The notes under the pieces were generated by a model. It worked only from the letters and a program-made list of their open reading frames with translations. It did not search any database and was not told where the DNA came from. The translations under genes were made by a program, and so were the position numbers. Below are positions 38,278 to 50,860 of a stretch of DNA of 64,000 nt, one piece after another (positions within the stretch are counted from its first letter, which is position 1; each line of letters begins with the position of its first letter). This stretch comes from Hypanus sabinus (Eukaryota), in contig NC_082717.1 of assembly GCF_030144855.1 (NCBI RefSeq), positions 5,146,001 through 5,210,000 on the forward strand, read 5' to 3'.

Positions 38278-38509
38278 AGGTAGGAGGACGATGGAGCTAG
38301 GATAACACACTCCATTAGGGTACCTGTGCCCCCACACACTGAACCCCAGGACCACTCTCTGCACCAAGCTGTTATCAGTGCTGCATTTGAATGAAATTAG
38401 ATATTAATAAAAATAATTTTAATATTTTGGATTTGTGGTGGTCCGGTAAATCTTTCATTATTGGGCTGATGTTTCTTCAATGAAATGGAATATTCCAGAA
38501 AATACTTGC

Positions 38510-39010
38510 ATCTCTTGCTCTTCATTAGTCAGAGGATTGAGTTGAAAGATGAAAGATAATATGGCAGCTCTATAAGACTCCAGTTGCACCACACTTGGAA
38601 CATTGTGTTCAGTTCGTCACACCATTATAGGAAGGATGTGGAAGCTTTTGAGAGGGTGCAGAGGAGATTTTCCAGGACACTGCCTCGATTAGAGAGAATA
38701 TCGTTTGAGGATAAGTTGAGCAAGCCTGGGATTGTTTCTCTGCAGAGAAGGAAGATGAGAGGTGTACAAGGTGATAAGTCATATATTGAATAGAGAGCCA
38801 GAAACTTCTTCCCAGGGTGCAAATGGCTAATAGAAAGGGGCATAATTTTAGGTTGATTGCAGGAATGTATGGGGGGGAGGGTGTCAGAGGTTTTTTTACT
38901 CAGAGAGTAGTGCGTGTGTGCAATGCTTTGCCTGGGGTGGTGGTAGAGGCAGAAACATTAGGGACCTTTTAGAGGAACATATATGATAGAACAATGGAGC
39001 GCAATGTGAG
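38510..39010 (+). mobile_element. CR1 3' fragment
   Basis: PHLEHCVQF..HYRKDVEAFERVQRRF. Confidence 0.82.
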
Positions 39011-39140
39011 AGAAAATGTTCAGATGGATCTTCATGTATCTAGAGATACAGAGTGGCTTTCTGTTGCCATCCCCCTCAACAACAGGTTATCAGTCTGCAT
39101 GCTGTTCAAGGGAGCGACCTAGCAGAGGAAAATCACACTG

Positions 39141-39335
39141 TTATGGTAAACTATGTATACCTGTCTGGATACGCCCCTCTGCTGACTGTTCCTGTGGCTC
39201 CTCCCACAAACTCCTGAATAAAGGCAATTGGAGGCACAGCTCCCCCCTCAGTCTCCGAGATGCCGTGCTCCGTTTTGCTGTTAATAAAAGCCTATTATTT
39301 GCTTCCTGTCTCCGAGAGTTATTGATGGTGCATCA
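39141..39335 (+). mobile_element. Short solo LTR (195 bp) with ACTG TSD
   Basis: TTATG...CATCA termini (TGATG with one change); ACTG at 39137-39140 and 39336-39339; two AATAAA; host CR1 continuous across it. Confidence 0.75.
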
Positions 39336-39693
39336 ACTGAGTTTGGCTCTGTGACTCAAAAGAGAAGTGATAAGAAGAGACAAGCTGTGGCAATAGGGGA
39401 TTGCCTCTTTTGGAAGAGGACAGCGAGGCTTTGAGAGGAAGTGCGGCGGCGGCCATTTCCAAATTGTCCAATTGCATCTCAGCTTGGAGTTCTGAGAGGC
39501 AGGTCTGCGCAGGCGCGTGAAGGAGGTCTGGGAAGGAGGGAAGATATAAAAAGAACGCAGCCTTAAGAAGCGGGCAGCTTCGTTTGCGGGCAGCGGAGTG
39601 CGCCGGGAGCAGAGTGTAGGGCTTGGGCTCAGGGAGCTTAGGCGGACGAGGGCACAGTAGGCTTATCTTTTAGTTCTTGTTATTGTCAGTTAT

Positions 39694-40633
39694 TTGGGAA
39701 GTATGAGTGTGAGGGCAGCTTGTTGTTCTCGGTGTCGGATGTGGGAGGTCCTGGAGTCTCCGAGCCTCCTGGACGTCCACATCTGCGCCAGGTGCACCGA
39801 ACTGCAGCTCCTGAAGGACCGAGTTAGGGAACTGGAGTTGCAGCTCGAAGACCTTCGCCTGGTCAGGGAGAGTGAGGAGGTGATAGAGAGGAGTTACAGG
39901 CAGGTGGTCACTCCGGGGCCACGGGAGGCAGATAGGTGGGTCACGGTCAGGAAGGAGAAGAGGCAGGTACTAGAGAGTAACCCGGTGGCTGTACCCCTTG
40001 ACAATAAGTACTCATGTTTAAGTATTGTTGGGGGGGACAGCCTTCATGGTGGAAGTGACAGTGGCCGGGCCTCCGGCATAGAGAACGGCCCTGTAGCTCA
40101 GAAGGGTAGGGATAGAAGAAAGAGGGCCATAGTAATAGGGGACTCGATAGTCAGGGGTTCAGACAGGTGGTTTTTATTGAGGTGATCGGGAGTCCCGGAT
40201 GGTAATTTGCCTCCTTGGTGCCAGGATTCGGGATGTTTCTGATCGTGTCCAAGATATCCTGAAGTGGGAGGGTGAGGAGCCAGAGGTCGTGGTACATGTA
40301 CGTACCAACGACATAGGTAGGAAAGGGGAAGAGGTCCTGAAACGAGAGTATAGGGAGTTAGGAAGGCAGTTAAGAAGAAGGACCGCAAAGGTAGTAATCT
40401 CGGGATTACTGCCTGTGCCACGCGACAGTGAGAGTAGGAATAGAATTAGGTGGAGGATGAATGCATGGCTGTGGGATTGGAGCAGGGGGCAGGGATTCAA
40501 GTTTCTGGATCATTGGGACCTCTTCTGGGGCAGGCGTGACCTGTTCAAGAAGGACGGGTTACACTTGAATCCTGGGGGGACCAATATCCTAGCAGGGAGG
40601 TTTGCTACGGCTACAGGGCAGACTTTAAACTAG
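39694..40633 (+). pseudogene. CR1 ORF1 (zinc finger, coiled coil, SGNH esterase), one frameshift
   Basis: CCSRCRMW..CARC, AIVIGDSIVRG, HVRTNDIG, DGLHLN. Confidence 0.9.
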
Positions 40634-40855
40634 TAAAATGGGGGGGGCGGGAATCAATTTGAGGAAACCATGGGAGAGGAGGTTAGTTCACCAGTCGAGC
40701 AAGTAAATAGCCAGTGTGTGAGGGAGGAAAGGCAGGTGCTGGAGAAGGGATGCGCTCAGCCTGAAGATGTATGGGAGAAGAAAGAAAAGGATAATAAATT
40801 TGAATGCATTGTTAGGGATGAAAAGAGAGGAGGGGGTGGAGAGTATCTTAAATGT

Positions 40856-43645
40856 ATCTATTTTAATGCTAGGAGCATTGTAAGAAAGGTGGATGAGCTT
40901 AAAGCGTGGATTGATATCTGGAATTATGACATTGTTGCAAACATGGTTGCAGGAAGGGTGTGATTGGCAACTAAATATTCCTGGATTTAGTTGCTTCAGC
41001 TGTGATAGAGTAGGAGGGGCCAGAGGAGGAGGTGTTGCATTGCTTGTCTGAGAAAATCTTATGGCGGTGCTTTGGAAGGATAGATTAGAGAGCTCCTCTA
41101 GGGAGGCTAGTTGGGTGGAATTGAGGAATGGGAAGGGTGTAGTAACACTGATAGGAGTGTATTATAGGCCACCTAATGGGGAGCGTGAGTTGGAAGAGCA
41201 AATATGTAAGGAGATAGCAGATATTTGTAGTAAACACAAGGTGGTGATTGAGGGAGATTTTAATTTTCCACACGTAGACTGGGAAGCTCATTCTGTAAAA
41301 GGGCTGGATGGTTTAGAGTTGTGAAATGTGTGCAGGATAGTTTTTTGAAACAGTACATAGAAGTACCGACTAGAGATGGGGCAGTATTGGATCTCCTGTT
41401 AGGGAATGCGATAGGTCAGCTGACAGATGTATGTGTTGGGGAGCACTTCGGGTCCAGTGATCACAATAGCATTAGCTTCAATATAATTATGGAGAAGGAC
41501 AGGACAGGACCTAGAGTTGAGATTTTTGATTGGAGAAAGGCTAACTTTGAGGAGATGCGAAGGGATTTAGAGAGAGTGGATTGGGTCAAGTTGTCTTATG
41601 GGAAGGATGTAATAGAGAAATGGAGGTCATTTAAGGGTGAAATTATGAGGGTACAGAATCTTTATGTTCCTGTTAGGTTGAAAGGAAAGGTTAAAGGTTT
41701 GAAAGCACCATGGCTTTCAAGGGATATTAGAAATTTGGTTCGGAAAAAGAGGGATGTCTACAATCGATATAGGCAGCATGGAGTAAAGGAATTGCTCGAG
41801 GAATATAAAGAATGTAAAAGGAATCTTAAGAAAGAGATTAGAAAAGCTAAAAGAAGATACGAGGTTGCTTTGGCAAGTAAGATGAAAATAAATCCAAAGG
41901 GTTTCTGCAGTTATATTAATAGCAAAAGGATAGTGAGGGATAAAATTGGCCCCTTAGAGAATCAGAGTGGTCAGCTATCTGTGGAGCCGAGGGAGATGGG
42001 AGAGATTTTGAATGATTTCTTCTCTTCGGTATTCACTAAGGAGAAGAATATTGAATTGTGTAAGGTGTGGGAAACAAGTAAGGAAGTTATGGAACCTATG
42101 ACAATTAAAGAGGTGGAAGTACTGGCACTTTTAAGAAATTTAAAACTGGATAAATCTCCGGATCCTGACAGGATATTCCCCAGGACCTTGAGGGAAGTTT
42201 GTGTAGAAATAGCAGGAGCTCTGACGGAGATCTTTAAGATGTCATTAGAAATGGGGATTGTGCCGGAGGATTGGCATATTGCTCATGTGGTTCCATTGTT
42301 TAAAAAGGGTTCTAGAAGTATGCCTAGCAATTATAGACCTGTCAGTTTGACATCAGTGGTGGGTAAATTAATGGAAAGTATTCTTAGAGATAATTTTAAT
42401 AATTATCTGGATAGACGAGATCTGATTAGGAGTAGCCAGCATGGATTTGTGTGTAGAAGGTCATGTTTGACAAACCTTATTGAATTTTTTGAAGAAGTTA
42501 TGAGGAATGTTGACGAGGGTAAGGCAGTGGATGTAGTCTATATGGACTTCAGCAAAGCCTTTGACAAAGTTCCACATGGAAGGTTAGTTAAGAAGGTTCA
42601 GTCATTAGGTATTAATGCTGGAGTAATAAAATGGATTCAACAGTGGCTGGATGGGAGATGCCAGAGAGTAGTGGTGGATAATTGTTTATCGGGATGGAGG
42701 CCGGTGACTAGAGGGGTGCCTCAGGGATCTGTTTTGGGCCCAATGTTGTTTGTAATATACATAAATGATCTGGATGATGGGGTGGTAAATTGGATTAGTA
42801 AGTATGCCGATGATACTAAGGTAGGAGGTGTTGTGGATAATGAGGTGGGTTTTCAAAGCTTGCAGGGAGATTTATGCCGGTTAGAAGAATGGGCTGAATG
42901 TTGGCAGATGGAGTTTAATGCTGAGAAGTGTGAGGTTCTACATTTTGGCAGGAATAATCCCAATAGAACATACAGGGTAAATGGTAGGGCATTGAGGAAT
43001 GCAGAGGAACAGAGAGATCGAGGAATAACAGTGCATAGTTCCCTGAAGGTGGAGTCTCATGTAGATAGGGTGGTGAAGAAGGCTTTTGGAACGCTGGCCT
43101 TTATAAATCAAAGCATTGAGTACAGAAGTTGGAATGTAATGTTAAAATTGTACAAGGCATTGGTAAGGCCAAATTTAGAATATTGTGTGCAGTTCTGGTC
43201 ACCGAATTATAGGAAAGATATCAATAAATTAGAGAGAGTGCAGAGAAGATTTATTAGGATGTTACCTGGGTTTCAGCACTTAAGTTACAGAGAAAGGTTG
43301 AACAAGTTAGGTCTCTATTCATTGGAGCGTAGAAGGTTGAGGGGGGATTTGATCGAGGTATTTAAAATTTTGAGAGGAATAGATAGAGTTGACGTGAATA
43401 GGCTGTTTCCATTGAGAGTAGGGGAGATTCAAATGAAAGGACATGATTTGAGAGTTAGGGGCCAGAAGTTTAAAGGAAACACGAGGGGGTATTTCTTTAC
43501 TCAAAGAGTGATAGCTGTGTGGAATGAGCTTCCTGTAGAAGTAGTAGAGGCCAGTTCAGTTGTGTCATTTAAGGAAAAATTGGATAGGTATATGGACAGG
43601 AAAGGAGTGGAGGGTTATGGGCTGAGTGCGGGTAGGTGGGACTAG
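40856..43645 (+). CDS. CR1 ORF2; EN part frameshifted, 774 codons open from 41321
   Basis: YFNARSI..WNYDIVA, YYRPP, GDFNFP, SNYRPVSLT, DFSKAFDKVPH, GVPQGSVLGP, SKYADD. Confidence 0.93.
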
Positions 43646-43981
43646 GTGAGATTAAGAGTTCGGCACGGACTAGGAGGGCTGAGATGGCCTGTTTCCATGC
43701 TGTGATTGTTATATGGTTATATGGTTATATGGGATTCATTAGAAAGAAGAATGGAAAGGAGGTTCTGTGGTTGAGAACGAGATTCCTGGATAATGTTTCC
43801 TCCCGGGTATCAGACTCCAGGACACCTCGTATTGAGTCCTCAGCTTTCTGAGGTGGCAGGGTGAAGAGTCTGAAGTCATGGTCCATAGAGTTGTCAATGA
43901 GATGGACAGGATGAGAGATGAGTTCCTGCAAAGGGAGTTCAGGTAGTTAGGTGCTAAGTTAAAGGGCAGGTTCCAAGGTTG

Positions 43982-46900
43982 ACATAGCCAGTGGTGGTAA
44001 TATGAATAAGCTCTCGCTATCTATAAAGTGCTTCCACATGGCTTGAGTCTCAAATAGCCTCTGTCAATCAAGTCCAGCTCCCAGCCTTCACATGGCGGAA
44101 CGGTTCCTACCAACGAGAGAAGGGGCAAAGGTGGGTCTCTGGCGCCTCAAAACCAGATGCTTCGGGCAGGCGGGGCTCGTTAGTCCTGGTCGACTGCTCA
44201 CCTAGGAGAAGGTCTACTCTGATTTTAAAAACTCTGCTGCCTTGCGACCACACTCAGTCATAGGAAAGGCTATGGAAGTAAACCCTGAGAAGAAATCTGG
44301 AGTCCCATAGGCAGTCAATAGGGAGGACTTCATCAATCTATTGTCAGGCAACTCCTGCAGCTGAAGAGCCAGCATGTGTAACGATCTTCGTGCCAGTGGA
44401 TCCTGACCTCCGAGGCCGAGAGAGTGGGACTGTCTCTGTGCTAAGGCTTTTTCACTATAATATCTTTCACCCACAGGTCCTTGTGTTGTGCATCTTCATC
44501 TTCTTTCTCTCTTCAAAAGTCCTACGGCGATGGGAGGGCAGCGAACCAATAGGTGGAGGTGACCACTGAGTTGCAGTTGCAAACCTGCTCGTAGGCGGCC
44601 CTTGGACAGATGGTCATTCTCCTCTGAACCCGGGGCAGAAGGGGAGTCCAGCAGCATCCATGGTGACTGGGCAGCCCTTTTTAGGATAGCGCTGCCCAAC
44701 CTGTAATCAGGGAAGGGCCTAGAAAAGGTGGCCTAAACATTGCTTGCCCTAGATCATCTGGCCAGTTAACCGTGACTGATGGATCACCTAATCATTGCAG
44801 TCGAAATCAAAATCAAAAGAAAAAGATTCTCCATCGAGGAGCATGGAACGTTCGCACCTTAATGGATAAGGAAAAAACTGCAAGATCTGAAAGGAGAACA
44901 GCTCTCATTGGTAAAGAACTTGCTCACTACAACATTGACATCACAACGCTGAGCGAAACCAGGGTTGCAGATGAGGGATCCATCACTGAACTTGCCATTG
45001 GCTACGACTTCTTCTGGAGAGGAAGGGCGCAGAACAAAGACAGGATCCACGGAGTGGGCTTCGCCATAAGGAGTACCCTGATGAAACAGCTCCCCGACCT
45101 GCCTGTTGGCATCAGCGAAAGATTGATGAAGCTACGTCTGCCCCTCAGTCAAAACTGACATGCAACTATCATTAATGCCTATGCCCCCACCCTGACCAGC
45201 CCTACTGAAACCATAGAGCAGTTTTACACCGACCTTGACTCCATCCTGTGCTCAGTGCCGGCCTGTGACAAGCTGATCTTCCCAGGAGATTTCAATGCCC
45301 GAGTCAGATAAGATCATGATCTGTGGAGTGGAGTGCTCGGTAGACACTGAGTCGGGAAGATGAACAGCAATGGCCTTCTGCTTCTTAGAAAATGTGAAGA
45401 GCATGACCTCACTCTCACGAACACACTTTTCAGAATGGCCAACAAATTCAAGACAACATGGATGCACCCTAGATCCAAACAAAAGCATCTGATCGATTAT
45501 GTCATTGTCCGTCAACATAACATCCGAGATGTAGTCATCACACGAGCCATGTGAGGAGCAGAGTGCGCGACGGACCACAGACTCCTCCACACCACCCTCA
45601 AACTACACATTGTTCAATCTCACAAAAAGCATCCAAAGGCAGTACGACCATCCTTTAACACCTCCAAACTTCAGCACCCTCCATGTCTATGTGAATTTCA
45701 AAATACTCTTAAATAGAAACTATCAACAAACCAGCCACTCACGGGTAACCCAATCCAGAAATGGAGCCACTTCAAAATTGCTATTTCTGAAACAGCAAAA
45801 TCAATCATAGTCCGTAGAAAGTGCACCCACCAGTATTGGTTTGATGAGAATAGCACAACCATTGATGACCTACTCTCCAAGAACAACAAGGCATTCAAAG
45901 AATGGCAGGATGACCCGAGCTCCACCTGCAAAAAGGACAGATTCAAGTCCTATCAGGCACTTGCTTAAAGGGAAATCCGTATAATGAGCAACACATGGTG
46001 GAATAACAAGGGAGATGAGGTTCAGCACTATGCTGACACAAACAACACCAAGCAGTTCTTCAACGCCATCAAGTCTGTCTTTGGTCCCTCAAAGTCAAGC
46101 TTGGCTCCTCTGCTTTCTGCAGATGGATCCTCGCTTATCAAGGACAAAATGGGTATCAACACCCGATGGAAGGAACACTTCAGTCAGCTCCTGAACCGCC
46201 CCTCCACTGTCGACCAGTCAGTACTCGACCAGATTCCCCAGAGCCCAGTCCATGAGCACCTCAACAACACCCCCTCCCTGACCGAGGTCAGCACAGCCAT
46301 CAAACAGATGAGCTGCAAAGCACCAGGCAAGGATGGCATTCCCGCAGAACTGTTCAAAGCCCTCAATCAGAAGCATTCCAGGACGTCCTGGTCAGTATCT
46401 GGGAAGAAGAAGTAATGCCACCCGACCTTCGGGATGCTGCAATAGTCGCCCTATACAAAAACAAAGGCCCACGCACAGACTGTGGGAACTTCCGGGGCAT
46501 CTCCCTACTTTCCATCGCCGGCAAAATCCTGGCTCGCATCATACTCAATAGGCTAATTTCAACAGTATCCAAAGGAAACCTCCCAGAATCGCAATGCGTG
46601 TTTTGGCCTAAACGCAGTACTGTGGATATGATCGTCACTGTTAGACAAATGCAGGAGAAATGCCTGGAGCAGAACATGAACTTGTACTTTGTCTTCATTG
46701 ATATGACTAAAGCGTTTAATATTGTCAACAGAGAAGCGTTGTGGATCATCCTCGGGAAACTTGGCTGCCCTCCAAAGTTTATCAACCTCATACGCCTCTT
46801 CCATGATAACATGACTGGAGAGATTCTCTCAGTTGATGAACCTAGCAAGAAATTTGATATCTCCAACTGCGTTAAGCAGGGCTGTGTGCTTGCACCAGTA

Positions 46901-48038
46901 CTTTTCAACCTTTTCTTCACTCAAGTACTAATGCATGCCGTCAAAGACCAAAACCTGGGCATTTATATCAAATACCACCTGGACGGGTCACTCTTTGACC
47001 TACATCACCTTGCAGCACACACAAAGACCCTCCAAAAGCTGTTCATGGAAGCACTCTTTGCAGATGATTGTGCACTCATGGTGCATCAAGAGGACCACCT
47101 ACAAATAGCGGTCAGGAGATTCTCCGCCACATCTAAATTGTTCGGCTTGACAATCAGCCTCGGTAAAACAGAGGTCCTCATGCAGCCTGCACCTAACAAC
47201 GCCCCGTCACAGCCATGCATCACCATCGATGACACACAATTACGGAATGTTGTCAACTTCAAATACCTGGGGAGTACCATCTCCAGCGACGGTGCCCTTG
47301 ATAAAGAAATCACGTCAAGGATCCAGAAAGCAAGCCAGGCACTTGGAAGGCTCCAAGTCAAAGTTCTGCAGCACAAAGACATTCCCCTCTCCACTAAACT
47401 AAAGGTTTACAATGCTGTTGTAATTTCATCACTTCTGTATGGCTGTGAAACCTGGACACTGTAACACAGACATGTCAAACAGCTTGAACAATTCCACAAT
47501 CGCGCTCTGCGATCAATCATGCAATTCCGCTGGCAAGACCGTATTTCCAGCCTAACAGTCCTGGACCGAGCCAATTCCACAAGCATTGAAGCCAAGGTTT
47601 TGAAGGCTCAGCTCAGGTGGACTGGCCATGTGATCCGCATGGATGAATCCAGAATGTTGCGTCAGTTGTTCTACGGAGAACTGGAGCAGGTCGCCCAAGG
47701 AAGAGGTACAAAGACAACCTCAAGTCAAACCTGAAGTGGGCCAAACTCCAGCCCCGCGATCTCGAACACACTGCTGCTGATCGGTCCAAGTGGCGCAATC
47801 TATGCTCCAAGGCAGCAAACAACTTCCAAGCCAACTGGCGCAAGCAGCTCCTCAAGGCGAGTCAAGAGAGACACAGGAAGGCGTCCGCTCCTGCCCCAAC
47901 AGGTGGTATTCCTTGCCCCATCTGCAACCGTATCTGTGCTTCAGACTTTGGCCTCAGAAGTCACATGCGTGCCCACAGACATTGACTGCGCAACACATTT
48001 GTCTTCCTCGGATTTCAAGAGACTACTGATACTACTAC
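43982..48038 (+). mobile_element. Near full-length RTE-clade LINE
   Basis: GAWNVRTL..ETR EN, GISLLSIAGKIL, KQGCVLAPVLF, ALFADD, C-terminal CPICNRICASDFGLRSHMRAH, (ACT)n tail; degenerate TSD at 43960-43981 and 48039-48058. Confidence 0.92.
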
Positions 48039-48056
48039 TAAAGTGCAGGACCTCCA

Positions 48057-50860
48057 AGTCAAGTCAAGTCAAGTCAACTTTTATTGTCATTTCAACCATA
48101 ACTGTTGGTACAGTGCATAGTAAAAATGAGACAACATTTTTCAGGACCATGGTTTACATGACACAGTACAAAAACTAGACTGAACTACGTAATAAAAAAA
48201 AACCCAGAGAAAGCTACACTAGACTACAGACCTACATTGGACTGCATAAAGTGCACAAAAAACAGTACTGGCACTACAATAAGTAATAAACAGGACAGCA
48301 GGCAAGGTGTCAGTCCAGGCTTCGGGTATTGAGGAGTCTGATAGCTTGGGGGAAGAAACTGTTACATAATCTGGTCGTGAGAGCCCGAATGCTTCAGAGC
48401 CTTTTCCCAGATGGCAGGAGGGAGAAGAGATTGTATGAGGGGTGCCTGGGGTCCTTCATAATGCTGTTTCCTTTTTGGATGCAGTATGTAGTGTAAATGT
48501 CTGTGATGGCGGGAAGAGAGACCCCGATGATCTTCTCAGCTGACCTCACTATCTAATGCAGGGTCTTGTGATCCGAGATGGTGCAATTCCCGAACCAGGC
48601 AGTGATGCAGTTGCTCAGGAGGCTCTCAATACAACCCCTGTAGAATGTGATGAGGATGGGGGGTGGGAGATGGACTTTCCTCAGCCTTCACAAAAAGTAG
48701 AGATGCTGCTGGGCTTTCTTTGCTATGGAGTTGGTGTTGAGGGACCAGGTGAGATTCTCCGTCAGGTGAACACCAAGAAATTTGGTGCTCTTTACAATCT
48801 CTACTGAGAAGCAGTCAATGTTCAGCGGGGAGTGGTTGCTCCATGCCCTCCTGAAGTCAACAACCATCTCTTTTATTTTGTACACAGTAAGAGACAGGTT
48901 ATTGGCTCTGCACCAGTCTGTTAGCCGCTGCACCTCCTCTCTGTAAGCTGACTCATCGTTCTTGCTGATGAGACCCACCACGGTCATGTCATCGGCGAAC
49001 TTGATGATGTGGTTCGAGCTGTGTGTTGCAGCACAGTCGTGGGTCAGCAGAGTGAACAGCAGTGGACTGAGCACACAGACATGGGGAGCCCCCGTGCTCA
49101 GTGTGATGGTGTTGGAGATGCTGCTCCCGATCCGGACTGACTGAGGTCTCCCAGTCAGGAAGTCTAGGATCCAGTTGCAGAGGGAGGTGTTCAGGCCCAA
49201 TAGGCTCAGCTTTCCAATCAGTTTCTGAGGGATGATTGTGCTGAATGCTGAACTAAAGTCTATAAACAGCATCCGAACGTTTGTGTCTTTTTTGTCCAGG
49301 TGGGTTAGGGGCAGGTGGACGGTGGTGGCAATGGCGTCATCTGTTGAGCGGATAGAACGGTACGCAAACTGTATTGGGTCCAGTGAGGGGGGCAGCAGAG
49401 TCTTGATATGCCTCATGACAAGCTTCTCGAAACACTTCATGATGATGGATGTAAGTGCAACGGGACGGTAGTCATTTAGGCAGGACACTGAAGACTTCAC
49501 AGGGACAATGGTGGCGGCTTTGAAGCACTTTGGAATGGTGGCGCTGCTCAGGGAGATGTTGAAGATGTCAGTGAGATCATCTGCTAGCTGGTCTGCACAT
49601 CCTCTGAGCACTCTACCAGGGATGTTGTCTGGTCCAGCAGCCTTCCGTGGGTTGACCCTGCACAGGGTTCTTCTCACGTCGGCCACGGAGAGACACAGCA
49701 CCTGGTCATTTGCAGGAGGGGTGGACTTCCTCACTGCCACGTCATTTTCCACTTCAAAATGGGCGTAGAAGTTATTCAGCGCATTTGGAAGGGTGGCATC
49801 ACCTGCACAGTCAGCAGCGCACGCACCTCTGCGGTCATCCACGGCTTCTGGTTGACACGTAGAGTGATGGTCTTGGACAGAGTAACATCATCAATGTACT
49901 TGCTGATGTAGCTGGTCACTGATGCTGTGTACTCTAAGCTGGTAGAGTCGCCATCGGTTGCAGCCTCCCTGAACATGTGCCAGTCAGTGTGCTCAAAGCA
50001 GTCTTGAAGAGCAGAGATGGCTCCTGCTAGCCAGGTTTTCACCTGCTTCAGAACTGGTCTGGAGTGCCTGACGAACGGTCTGTGTGCTGCAATTAGCATA
50101 AGAGAGATGTGGTCTGAGTATCTGAGGTGGGGGCAGGGCTCTGCTCGGTATGTGTCGGGAATGTTTGTGTAAACCAGATCCAATGCGTTCTCCCCCCTCG
50201 TTGCAAAGCCCACATACTGATGGAATTTGGGGAGCACTGACTTAAGGTTCACATGGTTAAAATCACCAGCAACAATAAACAGTCCATCAGGATGTGCATT
50301 CTGCAGTTCGCCAATAGCCCCATACAGTTCACAGAGCGCCTCCTTAGCATTAGTGCTGGGGGGAATATAGGCTCCGAATATAAGGACAGAGGTGAATTCC
50401 CGTGGCAAATAAAATGGTCTGCATCGAACTGTCACAAACTCCACCTATGATGAGCAGTATCTGGAAACCAGCACAGAGTTCTTACACCATTCCGTGTTGA
50501 TGTAAACGCAGACACTGCCACGACGGACCTTACCGGAGACAGCTGCATCTCTGTCTGAACGAAACAAAGCTCGCCCATCTAGCTGGATGGCAGCATCTGA
50601 AATCCCATCAGAGAGCCACGTCTCTGTGAAGACATACACGGAGCAAACTCTGTACTCCCACCGAGTATTACGTTGGAGTTGGATGTAGTCCATTTTATTG
50701 TCCAGGGAGTGGACATTGGAGAGCAGAATGGATGGGAGAGCCGGCTGGCTAGGGTTTGCTTTAAGCCTGGCATGGACCCCTGCCCGTTTACCTCGCTTCT
50801 GCTTCCTCGCACATCACTTTCGACGTCTCCATCTCCATCTCTGGCTCCCAACATCAGGCT
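48057..50860 (-). mobile_element. Rex1/Babar LINE, near full length
   Basis: (GACTT)n tail; ORFs 50445-50693, 49776-50444, 48688-49842 ([44 protein letters not shown]). Confidence 0.93.

Larger units (their letters stand above)
39403..43730 (+). mobile_element. Full-length young CR1 with GGGATT TSD
   Basis: CpG-rich 5' UTR, ORF1, ORF2, (ATATGGTT)n tail; GGGATT at 39397-39402 and 43731-43736. Confidence 0.95.
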
